Positions 8,004 through 15,794 are shown, numbered from the stretch's first letter. The stretch is 19,740 bases of DNA from Vulcanimicrobiota bacterium (GCA_003135555.1 PLCF01000089.1:1-19740); one strand, 5' to 3'. The notes: generated by a model not told the origin, from the sequence alone. A program made the numbers and translations.

Positions 8004-9092
8004 ATGCCCGCCAATATCGTGATGCCGAAACTCGGGCTGACGATGACGAGCGGGACGATCGCGCGCTGGATCAAGCGTCCGGGCGACGCGGTCCGCGCGG
8101 GCGAGCCGCTGGTGGAAGTGTCGACCGACAAGATCACCTACGAGGTCGAAGCGCCGGCCGGCGGAACGCTGGCGCAGGCGCTGGGCAACGATGGCGACGA
8201 GTTCGCCTGCGGCGACGTGATCGGCACGATCCGCCTCGCCGGCGAATCCGATGCGATGGTCGCGGCCCCGGTCGAGGCCCCGCCGCCGGGTGCGAGCAAC
8301 GGCACGCGCGTCATCGCGTCGCCGGCTGCGCGCCGGCTCGCGCGCGAACACGGCGTCCCGCTCGGCGAGGTGCGCGGCACCGGCCCGCGCGGGCGGATCA
8401 CGCTCGCAGACGTGCCCGTACTCCCGTCGAGCTCGCCGCCGGATCGGTTTCCCGCGCGGTTGCCCGCCGCGCGCCGCCCGATCTACCGCAAGATGACCGA
8501 GGTGGCGCTGCTCCCGCTCGCGCAAGTCGAGACCGTCGCGCGGGTCGACGCGGTGAAAGCGCTGATCCAACGGCGCGGCGATTTTGGCTGGACCGCGTTC
8601 ACGGTGTATGCGGTGGCGCGGCTGCTGCAGGAACACGCGGACCTGCGCACCGACGCATCGACGGGTGCGCCGTTCGAGCGCGTCGATATCGGCGTCGCCG
8701 CCGACACGCCGCACGGCCTGATCGTCCCCGTGGTGCGCGACGCCGGCGCGCGTACCTTGGCCGAGATCCAGCGCGAGATCGTCCGCCTCGCGTCGGCGGC
8801 GCGCGACGCCGCGCTCGGTCCCGGCGACGTCGGGGGCGCATGCTTCTCGATCTCCAACGTCGGACCACAGGGCGTGGAACGCGTGGTCCCGCTCCCCGAC
8901 CCGCCGCAAACCGCAATCCTCGGCATCGGCGCGGTCACCCAGCGCCCCGCGGTCGTGGAAGGTGCCGTCGCGCCGGCCTGGATGCTCACGTGCGTGGTCT
9001 CGTTCGACCATCGCTTCATCGACGGCGCCCCCGCCGCGCGCTTTCTAGCCGCGCTCGCGCACGCATTCACCGACCCCGGAGTCTTGCTCTAG
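8004..9092 (+). CDS. acoC: Dihydrolipoamide acyltransferase E2 subunit
   Basis: Lipoyl domain (MPKLGLTM...VSTDKIT), E3/E1-binding domain (ASPAARRLAREHG...GTGPRGRIT), catalytic FSISNVG and FDHRFIDG. Confidence 0.85.
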   Translation: MPANIVMPKLGLTMTSGTIARWIKRPGDAVRAGEPLVEVSTDKITYEVEAPAGGTLAQALGNDGDEFACGDVIGTIRLAGESDAMVAAPVEAPPPGASNGTRVIASPAARRLAREHGVPLGEVRGTGPRGRITLADVPVLPSSSPPDRFPARLPAARRPIYRKMTEVALLPLAQVETVARVDAVKALIQRRGDFGWTAFTVYAVARLLQEHADLRTDASTGAPFERVDIGVAADTPHGLIVPVVRDAGARTLAEIQREIVRLASAARDAALGPGDVGGACFSISNVGPQGVERVVPLPDPPQTAILGIGAVTQRPAVVEGAVAPAWMLTCVVSFDHRFIDGAPAARFLAALAHAFTDPGVLL

Positions 9093-9106
9093 TGATTCAA
9101 GAAGGC

Positions 9107-9232
9107 ACAATGGTCATGGACCGAGCGCAGCAGCATCCTCCGCGTAGCAGGGCGTCGTTGCGAGGTCAAACCCGGGGGCCCCACGCAAAGCGTGGGGGGC
9201 GCGCAGCGAGAGCGGAGCGCCGTTAAAATGGA
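9107..9232 (+). mobile_element. 126-bp interspersed repeat, copy 1 (MIRU-like start-codon insertion; 118-bp unit bounded by AATGG direct repeats)
   Basis: 123/126 identical to the reverse complement of 12271-12396. AATGG at 9109-9113 and 9227-9231. Internal hairpin CCCCACGC-AAA-GCGTGGGG. Internal ORF 9110-9226. Confidence 0.8.
9110..9226 (+). CDS. 38-aa mini-ORF inside repeat copy 1 (putative translational-coupling peptide)
   Basis: GAAGG-caca-ATG GTC ATG GAC...CGT TAA-A-ATG; MVMDRAQQHPPRSRASLRGQTRGPHAKRGGRAARAERR. Confidence 0.45.
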   Translation: MVMDRAQQHPPRSRASLRGQTRGPHAKRGGRAARAERR

Positions 9233-9974
9233 ATGGTTTGGGGAGAATCCGCCTACGGCGATTGTTACGGGTGGTGCGAGCGGGATCGGGCGCGCTGTTT
9301 GCGAGTTGTTGTCGCAGAACGGGTATCGCGTCGCGGTTGCGGATCGCGATAAGAAAGGTGCCGACGAGGTCGCGCACCATATCGACGGCTACGCGTTTGA
9401 GGTCGACGTTGCCGACGAAGCCTCGGTGATCGCGCTGTTCGACGGCGCGCTGCAGGCGTTCGGCGGAACGCTCGATGCGCTGGCGACGCCGGCCGGGGTC
9501 GCCGACACGACGCCCTTCATGGAGTTGACCGTCGAGACGTTCCGCCGCGTGCACGACGTCAACGTGGTCGGCACGTTCTTGTGCATCCTCGAGGCGGCCA
9601 AGCGCATGCGTTCGGGCGGGCGCATCTGCACGGTCGCCAGCGTGGCGGGGAAGCGCGGCGGCGGGCTGTCCGGGACGGCCGCCTACGCCGCCAGCAAAGG
9701 TGCCGTGCTTGCGCTGTCGCGCAGCGCGGCGCGGGCGCTGGCGCCACACGGGATCGCCGTGAACTGCGTCGCGCCGGGGCCGACGCTCACGCCGATGTTG
9801 GACGAACCATTCAAGAATGCCGAGCAGCGTACGCGCGTCGAAGCGATGACGCTGCTCGGACGATCCGGGGAGCCGCGCGAGATCGCCGAGGCGATCGCGT
9901 GGCTGCTCTCGCCGCGCTCGTCGTACGTCGCCGGGGAGACGTTGACGATCGACGGCGGCCTCATGCTCGACTGA
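9228..9974 (+). CDS. Short-chain dehydrogenase/reductase (SDR, FabG-like, likely NAD-preferring)
   Basis: TGGASGIG, acidic VADRD, catalytic YAASK, VNCVAPG, GETLTIDGG. True ATG is at 9228; the upstream 12 aa in the ORF track belong to the repeat. Confidence 0.92.
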   Translation: MEWFGENPPTAIVTGGASGIGRAVCELLSQNGYRVAVADRDKKGADEVAHHIDGYAFEVDVADEASVIALFDGALQAFGGTLDALATPAGVADTTPFMELTVETFRRVHDVNVVGTFLCILEAAKRMRSGGRICTVASVAGKRGGGLSGTAAYAASKGAVLALSRSAARALAPHGIAVNCVAPGPTLTPMLDEPFKNAEQRTRVEAMTLLGRSGEPREIAEAIAWLLSPRSSYVAGETLTIDGGLMLD

Positions 9975-10004
9975 AACTTGAACACGGAGAGGATGACCAA
10001 CCCT

Positions 10005-11021
10005 ATGACCGACCATATCTCGCGCGGCCGTTTCGTCGCCGCCGGCTCGGCGGTGCTCGCGTCGATCGCCGTGATCAAGGCCCCCGCGCGCGCGGCGGAG
10101 TGGACGTACAAGTACGCCAACAACGTTTCTGTCGACCACCCCCTAAACGTGCGCACGAAGATGTGCTTCAACGACGTGAACCGCGAGACGAAGGGGCGGC
10201 TCGACGTTCAGATCTTCCCCAACAACCAGCTCGGCGGCGACACCCAGATGCTGCAGCAGCTGCGCTCGGGCGCGGTGCAGTTCTTCACCCTCGACGGCGG
10301 CATCTTGCAGTCGGTCGTCCCGTTAGCCGGCATCCAAGGCGTCGGTTTCGCCTTTAAGGATTCCGCCGAGGCGTTTCGTGCGATGGACGGCACGCTGGGC
10401 GACAACGTACGCGACGCGATTCGTGCAGCCGGACTGTACGCGCATCCCAAGATGTTCGAGAATGGGATGCGGCAGATCACCTCGTCGACCAAGCCGATTC
10501 GGAGCGTGGCCGACCTCGCGGGCTTCAAGATTCGCACTCCGCCGGGCGAGTTGTGGGTCGATCTCTTCAAGTCGCTGGGCGCCTCGCCGGCCCCGCTGAA
10601 CTTCGCCGAGCTCTATACGGCGCTGCAGACGCGCATCTTCGACGGTCAGGAAAACCCGTACGCGATCATCGACGTCGGGCGCCTGTTCGAGGTCCAGAAA
10701 TACCTCAGCGTCACCAACCACATGTGGTCGGCGTACCACTTCTTGGGCAACATGGATGCCTGGAAAGCACTGCCGCCCGACGTGCAGGCCGTCGTGGAGC
10801 GCAACCTCGCCAAGTACGCGCTGCTGCAGCGCCGCGACACGCAGCAGCGCAACGACTCGCTCTCCGACAAGCTCGCCCGCCTGGGGATGGTCATCAACAA
10901 GGCCGACACGAGCGGTTTCCGCTCCAAGCTGTCGAGCGCGGGGTTCTACACGAAGTGGCGCGACAAGTTTGGCGCGCAGGCGTGGGGACTGCTCGAGAAG
11001 ACGTCCGGAAAACTCGCGTAG
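10005..11021 (+). CDS. dctP: TRAP transporter substrate-binding protein (DctP family)
   Basis: IFPNNQLGGD, ENGMRQIT, GFKIRTP, ELYTALQTRIFDGQENP, EVQKYLSVTNH; Tat-like leader. Start is ATG 10005 or 9993 after GGAGAGG. Confidence 0.9.
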   Translation: MTDHISRGRFVAAGSAVLASIAVIKAPARAAEWTYKYANNVSVDHPLNVRTKMCFNDVNRETKGRLDVQIFPNNQLGGDTQMLQQLRSGAVQFFTLDGGILQSVVPLAGIQGVGFAFKDSAEAFRAMDGTLGDNVRDAIRAAGLYAHPKMFENGMRQITSSTKPIRSVADLAGFKIRTPPGELWVDLFKSLGASPAPLNFAELYTALQTRIFDGQENPYAIIDVGRLFEVQKYLSVTNHMWSAYHFLGNMDAWKALPPDVQAVVERNLAKYALLQRRDTQQRNDSLSDKLARLGMVINKADTSGFRSKLSSAGFYTKWRDKFGAQAWGLLEKTSGKLA

Positions 11022-11063
11022 CGCAGAAGAGCCCACCCCGTGCCGTGCCGAACGGGTCGAGTT

Positions 11064-11540
11064 GTGAACGTTTCGCGTCTTCGGCTCGCTTGGGCGCAGG
11101 GTGGGCTGCTCGCGCTCCTCGTCATGACGGCGTGCGCGCCGTCCGCGCCGCGCATCCATCTCCCCAGCCGCACCGACGCCAACTGCGAGAGCCGGTCCGT
11201 CAAGAAGACCGCCATCGACGCGATCGTCGCGTCGACCGACGATACCGTGCGCGACACGCACTATCCGGGTGATGCGGCGCTGCGCGCCCGCGTGAAGCGC
11301 AGCGGCGGCGTCTTCGCGTATTGGACCGACCAGCCGTTCCGAGCGCCCGACACGGCCAAGGCGCTCGGCGTGAACGGCGACCTGTCGCTCGCGCGGGCGG
11401 TGATCACCAACGAGCTCGGGCCCAAGCAGCAGTACCGGCCGGTCTGGCTGACCTTCGCGACGCCGAAGGGCGACGTGACCGTCCTCGAGCGCGCCTACGA
11501 CGTGCAGAACGTCTGCATCGAAGGCCGCCGCGAGCTCTAG
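11064..11540 (+). CDS. Putative lipoprotein of unknown function
   Basis: Basic N-terminus, hydrophobic stretch GGLLALLV and lipobox-like MTA-C; GC-rich third positions; two further Cys. Start uncertain (GTG 11064 or 11040). Confidence 0.65.
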   Translation: MNVSRLRLAWAQGGLLALLVMTACAPSAPRIHLPSRTDANCESRSVKKTAIDAIVASTDDTVRDTHYPGDAALRARVKRSGGVFAYWTDQPFRAPDTAKALGVNGDLSLARAVITNELGPKQQYRPVWLTFATPKGDVTVLERAYDVQNVCIEGRREL

Positions 11541-11863
11541 GCGTTGGGGCGAATGCGCCGGCGCAGGTCGGGTCCGACGAGTTGCTCGACCAGCAGCGCC
11601 ACGACCAGCATCCCGGTTTCGATGAGGGTGAACGCCCGCGCGGTCGGCATCCCCGGTCGCGCGATCAGCGCTGCGAGGATCAGCAACCCGAAGCCGATGA
11701 GAAACCGCACCACGCCGCGGGCGAGCACCAGCGGCATGCGCACGGAGCCGGCGACGTCGCGCGCCAGGCGCAACGGCGGACGGGTCCCGATGTCCCAGAC
11801 TGTGAAGGCGAGCGCGTCGAACACGATCGCCAACGCGAACCGGACCACGACGAGCGTGCTCAC
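11537..11863 (-). CDS. Small membrane protein (about 3 TM), downstream of sufU
   Basis: Three hydrophobic segments; begins 16 bp after the sufU stop; stop overlaps the convergent lipoprotein stop (CTAG). Confidence 0.6.
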   Translation of the reverse strand: MSTLVVVRFALAIVFDALAFTVWDIGTRPPLRLARDVAGSVRMPLVLARGVVRFLIGFGLLILAALIARPGMPTARAFTLIETGMLVVALLVEQLVGPDLRRRIRPNA

Positions 11864-11879
11864 GTCGTAACGCGGTGCC

Positions 11880-12275
11880 TTAGTGCGGTTCGTCGGGCCA
11901 GGAGGCGATCTCGCCGAGCGCGGCGCTCTTGAGCACCTTGAGCCCGAGCATCGCGCACTTCATGCGCGTCGGGCTGATACCGATCCCGACGTTCTCGAGC
12001 ACCGCCTCTTGCGGCAGCCGAGCCACGTCTTCGAGCTTCATCCCCTTGATCGACTCGGTCAGCATCGAAGCCGAGGCTTGCGAGATCGCGCAGCCGCGCC
12101 CGCTGAACTTGATGTCCTCGACGCGCTGATCTGCGTCGAGCGCGAGCTCGATTCGAATCGTGTCCCCGCACAACGGATTGAGGTCCTCAGCGCTCGCATC
12201 GACCCTTTCGAGATGCCCAAAATTCCGCGGACTCCGATAGTGGTCGAGGATGTACTCTTTGTAGAAATCGTCCAT
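11880..12275 (-). CDS. sufU: SufU/IscU-type Fe-S assembly protein
   Basis: YKEYILDHYRSPRNFG, NPLCGD, GRGCAISQAS, PTRMKCAML; follows sufS. True ATG is at 12275. Confidence 0.88.
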   Translation of the reverse strand: MDDFYKEYILDHYRSPRNFGHLERVDASAEDLNPLCGDTIRIELALDADQRVEDIKFSGRGCAISQASASMLTESIKGMKLEDVARLPQEAVLENVGIGISPTRMKCAMLGLKVLKSAALGEIASWPDEPH

Positions 12276-12396
12276 TTTAACGGCGCTCCGCTCTCGCTGC
12301 GCGCCCCCCACGCTTTGCGTGGGGCCCCCGGGTTTGACCTCGCAACGACGCCCCGGTACGCGGACGATGCTGCTGCGCTCGGTCCATGACCATTGT
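12271..12396 (-). mobile_element. 126-bp interspersed repeat, copy 2 (fills the whole sufS-sufU intergenic space)
   Basis: Inverted copy of 9107-9232 with 3 substitutions. Begins on the last base of the sufS TGA and ends in the sufU ATG. AATGG direct repeats 118 bp apart. Confidence 0.8.
12277..12393 (-). CDS. 38-aa mini-ORF inside repeat copy 2
   Basis: sufS TGA-ca-ATG...TAA-a-ATG sufU; MVMDRAQQHRPRTGASLRGQTRGPHAKRGGRAARAERR. Confidence 0.45.
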   Translation of the reverse strand: MVMDRAQQHRPRTGASLRGQTRGPHAKRGGRAARAERR

Positions 12397-13646
12397 CACG
12401 AGAGGCGGAAGACGTCGGCGGCTTTTTCTAGCGCGCGGACGAGGGCGTCGACGTCTTCTTCGGTGTTGTAGAGGTAGAACGACGCACGGGCGGTCGCGGG
12501 CCAGCCCATCTTTTCCATCAGCGGCATCGTGCAGTGGTGGCCAGCGCGCACGCAGACACCTTCGGTGTCGAGGATCGAGGCCAAGTCGTGCGCGTGGATG
12601 TCGCCGAGGTTGAACGAGATCACGCCGGCGCGGTCTTCGGCGCGCGGCGGCCCGTAGACCGCGAGGCCACGCGACTCGAACGCACGCAGCTGGGCGAGCG
12701 CATACGCGGTGATGCGGATCTCGTGCGCGCGCACCCAGTCCATCCCGATGTCGCTGAGGTAGTCGACCGCCGCGCCGAGCGCGATCGCGTCGGCGATGTT
12801 GCTGGTGCCGGCCTCGAACTTCCAGGGCAGTTCGTTGTAGGTCGTCGTCTCGTAGGAGACGCGCTTGATCATGTCGCCGCCGGTCAAGAACGGCGGCATC
12901 GCCTCGAGCAGTGCGCGCTTGCCGTACAGGAACCCGATCCCGGTCGGGCCGCACATCTTGTGGCCGCTGGCGGCGAGGAAGTCGACGTCGAGCGCCTGCA
13001 CGTCGACGGGCATGTGCGGGACCGACTGCGCGGCGTCGACGAGCACGACGGCGCCGGCGGCGTGCGCGCGCGCGACGATGACGTCGAGCGGCGCGATCGA
13101 CCCGATCGTGTTCGAGATGTGGGCGAGCGCGACGAGCTTCACGCCGGCGAGCAGATCGTCGAGATGCTCGAGCGCCAACACGCCGTCGCGGTCGGCCGGG
13201 ATGAAGCGCAGCTCGGCGCCGGTCTTGGCGGCGAGAAGCTGCCACGGCACGAGGTTGGAGTGGTGCTCGAGTTGGGTGGTGAGGATCGCATCGCCGGGCC
13301 CGAGGTTGGCCAGGCCCCACGAGAAGGAGACGAGGTTGATCGCCTCGGTCGTGTTGCGCGTCCAGATGATCTCGGCGGTGTCGGCGGCGTTGACGAAGCG
13401 GGCGACCTTCGCACGCGCAGCCTCGAAGGCGTCGGTCGCGCGTGCGGCGAGCTCGTACACGCCGCGATGGATGTTGGCGTTGTCGTTCTCGTAGTAGTCG
13501 ACCAGCGCTTGGATCACCGCGCGCGGCTTCTGCGAGGAGGCGGCCGAGTCGAGGTACACGAGTCGTTTGCCGCGCGACGTGAGCTTGGCCAGGATCGGGA
13601 AGTCGGCGACGATCGCTTCCTGCTTGCGGTCCGTAGCTTCGATCAT
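12396..13646 (-). CDS. sufS: Cysteine desulfurase, class II (SufS)
   Basis: LVYLDSAASSQKP, NANIHRGV, EHHSNLVPWQ, PLP lysine SGHKMCGPTG, catalytic VRAGHHC. Confidence 0.96.
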   Translation of the reverse strand: MIEATDRKQEAIVADFPILAKLTSRGKRLVYLDSAASSQKPRAVIQALVDYYENDNANIHRGVYELAARATDAFEAARAKVARFVNAADTAEIIWTRNTTEAINLVSFSWGLANLGPGDAILTTQLEHHSNLVPWQLLAAKTGAELRFIPADRDGVLALEHLDDLLAGVKLVALAHISNTIGSIAPLDVIVARAHAAGAVVLVDAAQSVPHMPVDVQALDVDFLAASGHKMCGPTGIGFLYGKRALLEAMPPFLTGGDMIKRVSYETTTYNELPWKFEAGTSNIADAIALGAAVDYLSDIGMDWVRAHEIRITAYALAQLRAFESRGLAVYGPPRAEDRAGVISFNLGDIHAHDLASILDTEGVCVRAGHHCTMPLMEKMGWPATARASFYLYNTEEDVDALVRALEKAADVFRLS

Positions 13647-14986
13647 ACGTCGAGCTCCGTGGCGTCGTCGAGCTTGCGGTCCAGCGCGGTGCGGATCTCG
13701 TCGCGCAGCGACTCCCCCGGGAAGCGCGCGATGACGGGCTCGAAGAAGCCCAGCGTGATGAGCCGCAGCGCTTCGCCGCGCGCGATTCCGCGGCTGCCTG
13801 CATAGAACAGCGCGTCTTCGTCCAGCGATCCGACGGTCGCTCCGTGGAAGGCCTTGACGTCGTTCGCGGCGATCTCCAGCGCGGGGATGGAGTCGATGTG
13901 CGCCCGCTTCGAGAGCAACAGGGCATCGTCGCGCAGCGAGGCGTCGCTCCCGTGCGCCTTCGGCCGGATGACGATGTTGCCGACGTAGCGGCCCTGGCCG
14001 CGATCGGTCGCCGCGCTGCGCACGACGGTGTCCGACGTCGTCGGACCGACGGTGTGGTCGACGCCGGACAGCAGGTCGACGTGCTGCGCCCCGGTGTTAA
14101 AGAAGAGTGCCGACGTTTCGGCGCGCCCGCCGGGCGCGTCGAGCCGTACGCCCAGGACGGTTCGCGTGAGCGCCCCGCCGAGCTCGGCGAGGTGCCAGCG
14201 CACCTGCGCGTCGTGCTCGCAGCGCGCGTTGCGCGAGAACATCACGCGCGCCGCTTCGCCGGCTTGCTGCACGATCGCGTAGTCGAGCTCCGCGCCGGCG
14301 CCGGCCTGCACTTCCACGATGCCGCAGACGAACGGGTCGCCCGCGCCGAGGTGCCGCTCGATGACGGTCGCGCGCGCATTCTTGCCGAGGACGACGACGA
14401 CGTGCGGGAAGACCGCTTCGTCGTCGGGCGCGCTTGCGAAGATCAGCTGGATCGGATCATCGAGCTGCACGTTGTCCGGAACGTGGACGTACGCACCGCA
14501 ATTCTGGAAGGCCGTTGTGAGCGCGGCGAACTTATCCGCGCGCCAATCGACGATCTCGTGCAGCACCCCGTCGAGACTCGCCTCGAAATCGCGAACGGTC
14601 TGCCCGTCGAGCGCCAGCAGCGTCACCTTCGCATCGACGTTGCTCGGCGCATCGACGTGGGTTGCGCCAAGGAAATACAAGCCGCCGGCATTCTCGGTCG
14701 CGAGCGCCGGACGATCGAGGTCGACGTCTCCCGCCGTGGCCGGGCGTGCCGTCGGACGCGCCGGCAAGGCCGGCATCTCGACTCGGCCCGAGGTCCAGCG
14801 CAGATCGTCGAAGGGCAGGTTCGCGTAGTCGTACTTCCAGCCGCGACTGGGGCGCCCGCCCGGCGCGGGCAACGCGTCATAGCGCGCCAGGGCCTCGCGG
14901 CGCAGCGCCGCGTCGACGGCGCCGCCGCGCTCGTCGTGCTCGCTTACGAACGCGATCGCCGCTTCGAGAGCGGCGGCGGTGGGCAT
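13643..14986 (-). CDS. sufD: Fe-S cluster assembly protein SufD
   Basis: Beta-helix region, LLLSKRAHIDSIPALEI, DVKAFHGATVG, LFYAGSRGI. Start is ATG 14986 or GTG 15028 overlapping the sufC stop. Confidence 0.88.
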   Translation of the reverse strand: MPTAAALEAAIAFVSEHDERGGAVDAALRREALARYDALPAPGGRPSRGWKYDYANLPFDDLRWTSGRVEMPALPARPTARPATAGDVDLDRPALATENAGGLYFLGATHVDAPSNVDAKVTLLALDGQTVRDFEASLDGVLHEIVDWRADKFAALTTAFQNCGAYVHVPDNVQLDDPIQLIFASAPDDEAVFPHVVVVLGKNARATVIERHLGAGDPFVCGIVEVQAGAGAELDYAIVQQAGEAARVMFSRNARCEHDAQVRWHLAELGGALTRTVLGVRLDAPGGRAETSALFFNTGAQHVDLLSGVDHTVGPTTSDTVVRSAATDRGQGRYVGNIVIRPKAHGSDASLRDDALLLSKRAHIDSIPALEIAANDVKAFHGATVGSLDEDALFYAGSRGIARGEALRLITLGFFEPVIARFPGESLRDEIRTALDRKLDDATELDV

Positions 14987-15020
14987 AAATGCCAGCCCCG
15001 AAACGGCTGCAGTGGTGCCG

Positions 15021-15794
15021 CTAGGCACGGGCCGCGGCAACCTCATCGCGGACCGCGTCGTAGCCGTCGCGTTCGATCTCATCGGCGAGCTCGGGGCCGC
15101 CGCTCTTGACGATGCGGCCGTCGATCATGATGTGCACGACGTCCGCGGGGACGTGCTTGAGGATGCGTGGATAGTGCGTGATGACGAGGAAGCCGATGTC
15201 CTTGCCCTCGTCGCTGTTGCGCAGCGCGTTGACGCTGTTGCCGACCGATTGCAGCGCGTCGATGTCGAGGCCGGAATCGGTCTCGTCGAGCACGGCGTAC
15301 TTGGGTGCCAAGATCGCCAGTTGCAACATCTCGAGGCGCTTTTTCTCGCCGCCCGAGAAGCCGTCGTTGACGTAGCGGCCCAGGAACGCCGGATCCATGT
15401 CGAGCGTGTCGAGCTTCTCGAAAACCAGTTTGCGGAACTTGGCCGGGTTGAGGTCTTCGGGCCGAACGGCCATGCGGGCGGTGCGCAGGAAGTTCGCGAC
15501 CGAGACGCCCGGGATCGCGGCGGGGTACTGGAACGACAGGAACAAGCCGGCCTTCGCGCGCTTGTCGGGCGGCAGCTCGAGCAGCTCCTCGCCGTCGAGG
15601 CTCGCCGAGCCGCTCAGAACGGTATATCCCGGGTGCCCGGCCAGGGTGAATGCGAGCGTCGATTTTCCGCTTCCGTTGGGACCCATCAGCGCGTGCACGC
15701 GCCCCGGTTCCACGGTGAGGTCGATCCCCTTGAGAATCTCTTTGTTGTCGACTGCGACGCGAAGGTCGCGCGCGATGAGCCCGAGCGTAGACAT
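15021..15794 (-). CDS. sufC: Fe-S cluster assembly ATPase SufC
   Basis: MGPNGSGKSTL, FLSFQYP, VNDGFSGGEKKR, LDETDSGLDIDAL, ITHY. Confidence 0.96.
   Translation of the reverse strand: MSTLGLIARDLRVAVDNKEILKGIDLTVEPGRVHALMGPNGSGKSTLAFTLAGHPGYTVLSGSASLDGEELLELPPDKRAKAGLFLSFQYPAAIPGVSVANFLRTARMAVRPEDLNPAKFRKLVFEKLDTLDMDPAFLGRYVNDGFSGGEKKRLEMLQLAILAPKYAVLDETDSGLDIDALQSVGNSVNALRNSDEGKDIGFLVITHYPRILKHVPADVVHIMIDGRIVKSGGPELADEIERDGYDAVRDEVAAARA

Noticed and set aside
5642..8137. 831-aa minus-strand ORF and other long antisense or alternate-frame ORFs (e.g. 3873-5018, 12277-13926, 12534-13805, 13844-15109, 18136-19125)
   Set aside because: Shadow ORFs of well-supported genes in high-GC DNA; Arg/Ala/Gly-rich with no recognisable motifs.
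9192..9227. Identical N-terminal extension MGGAQRERSAVK on SDR and SufU
   Set aside because: It comes from the shared DNA repeat; its GTG lies inside the strong hairpin without an RBS, and family homology starts at the later ATG.
9228..9400. T-richer codon usage at the SDR 5' end
   Set aside because: Short, and explainable as ordinary low-structure N-terminal coding; not evidence of foreign origin.
9107..12396. Composite transposon or CRISPR interpretation of the repeat pair
   Set aside because: No transposase or spacer array; the enclosed genes continue the flanking operons (sufS to sufU), and each copy has its own direct repeat, indicating independent insertions.
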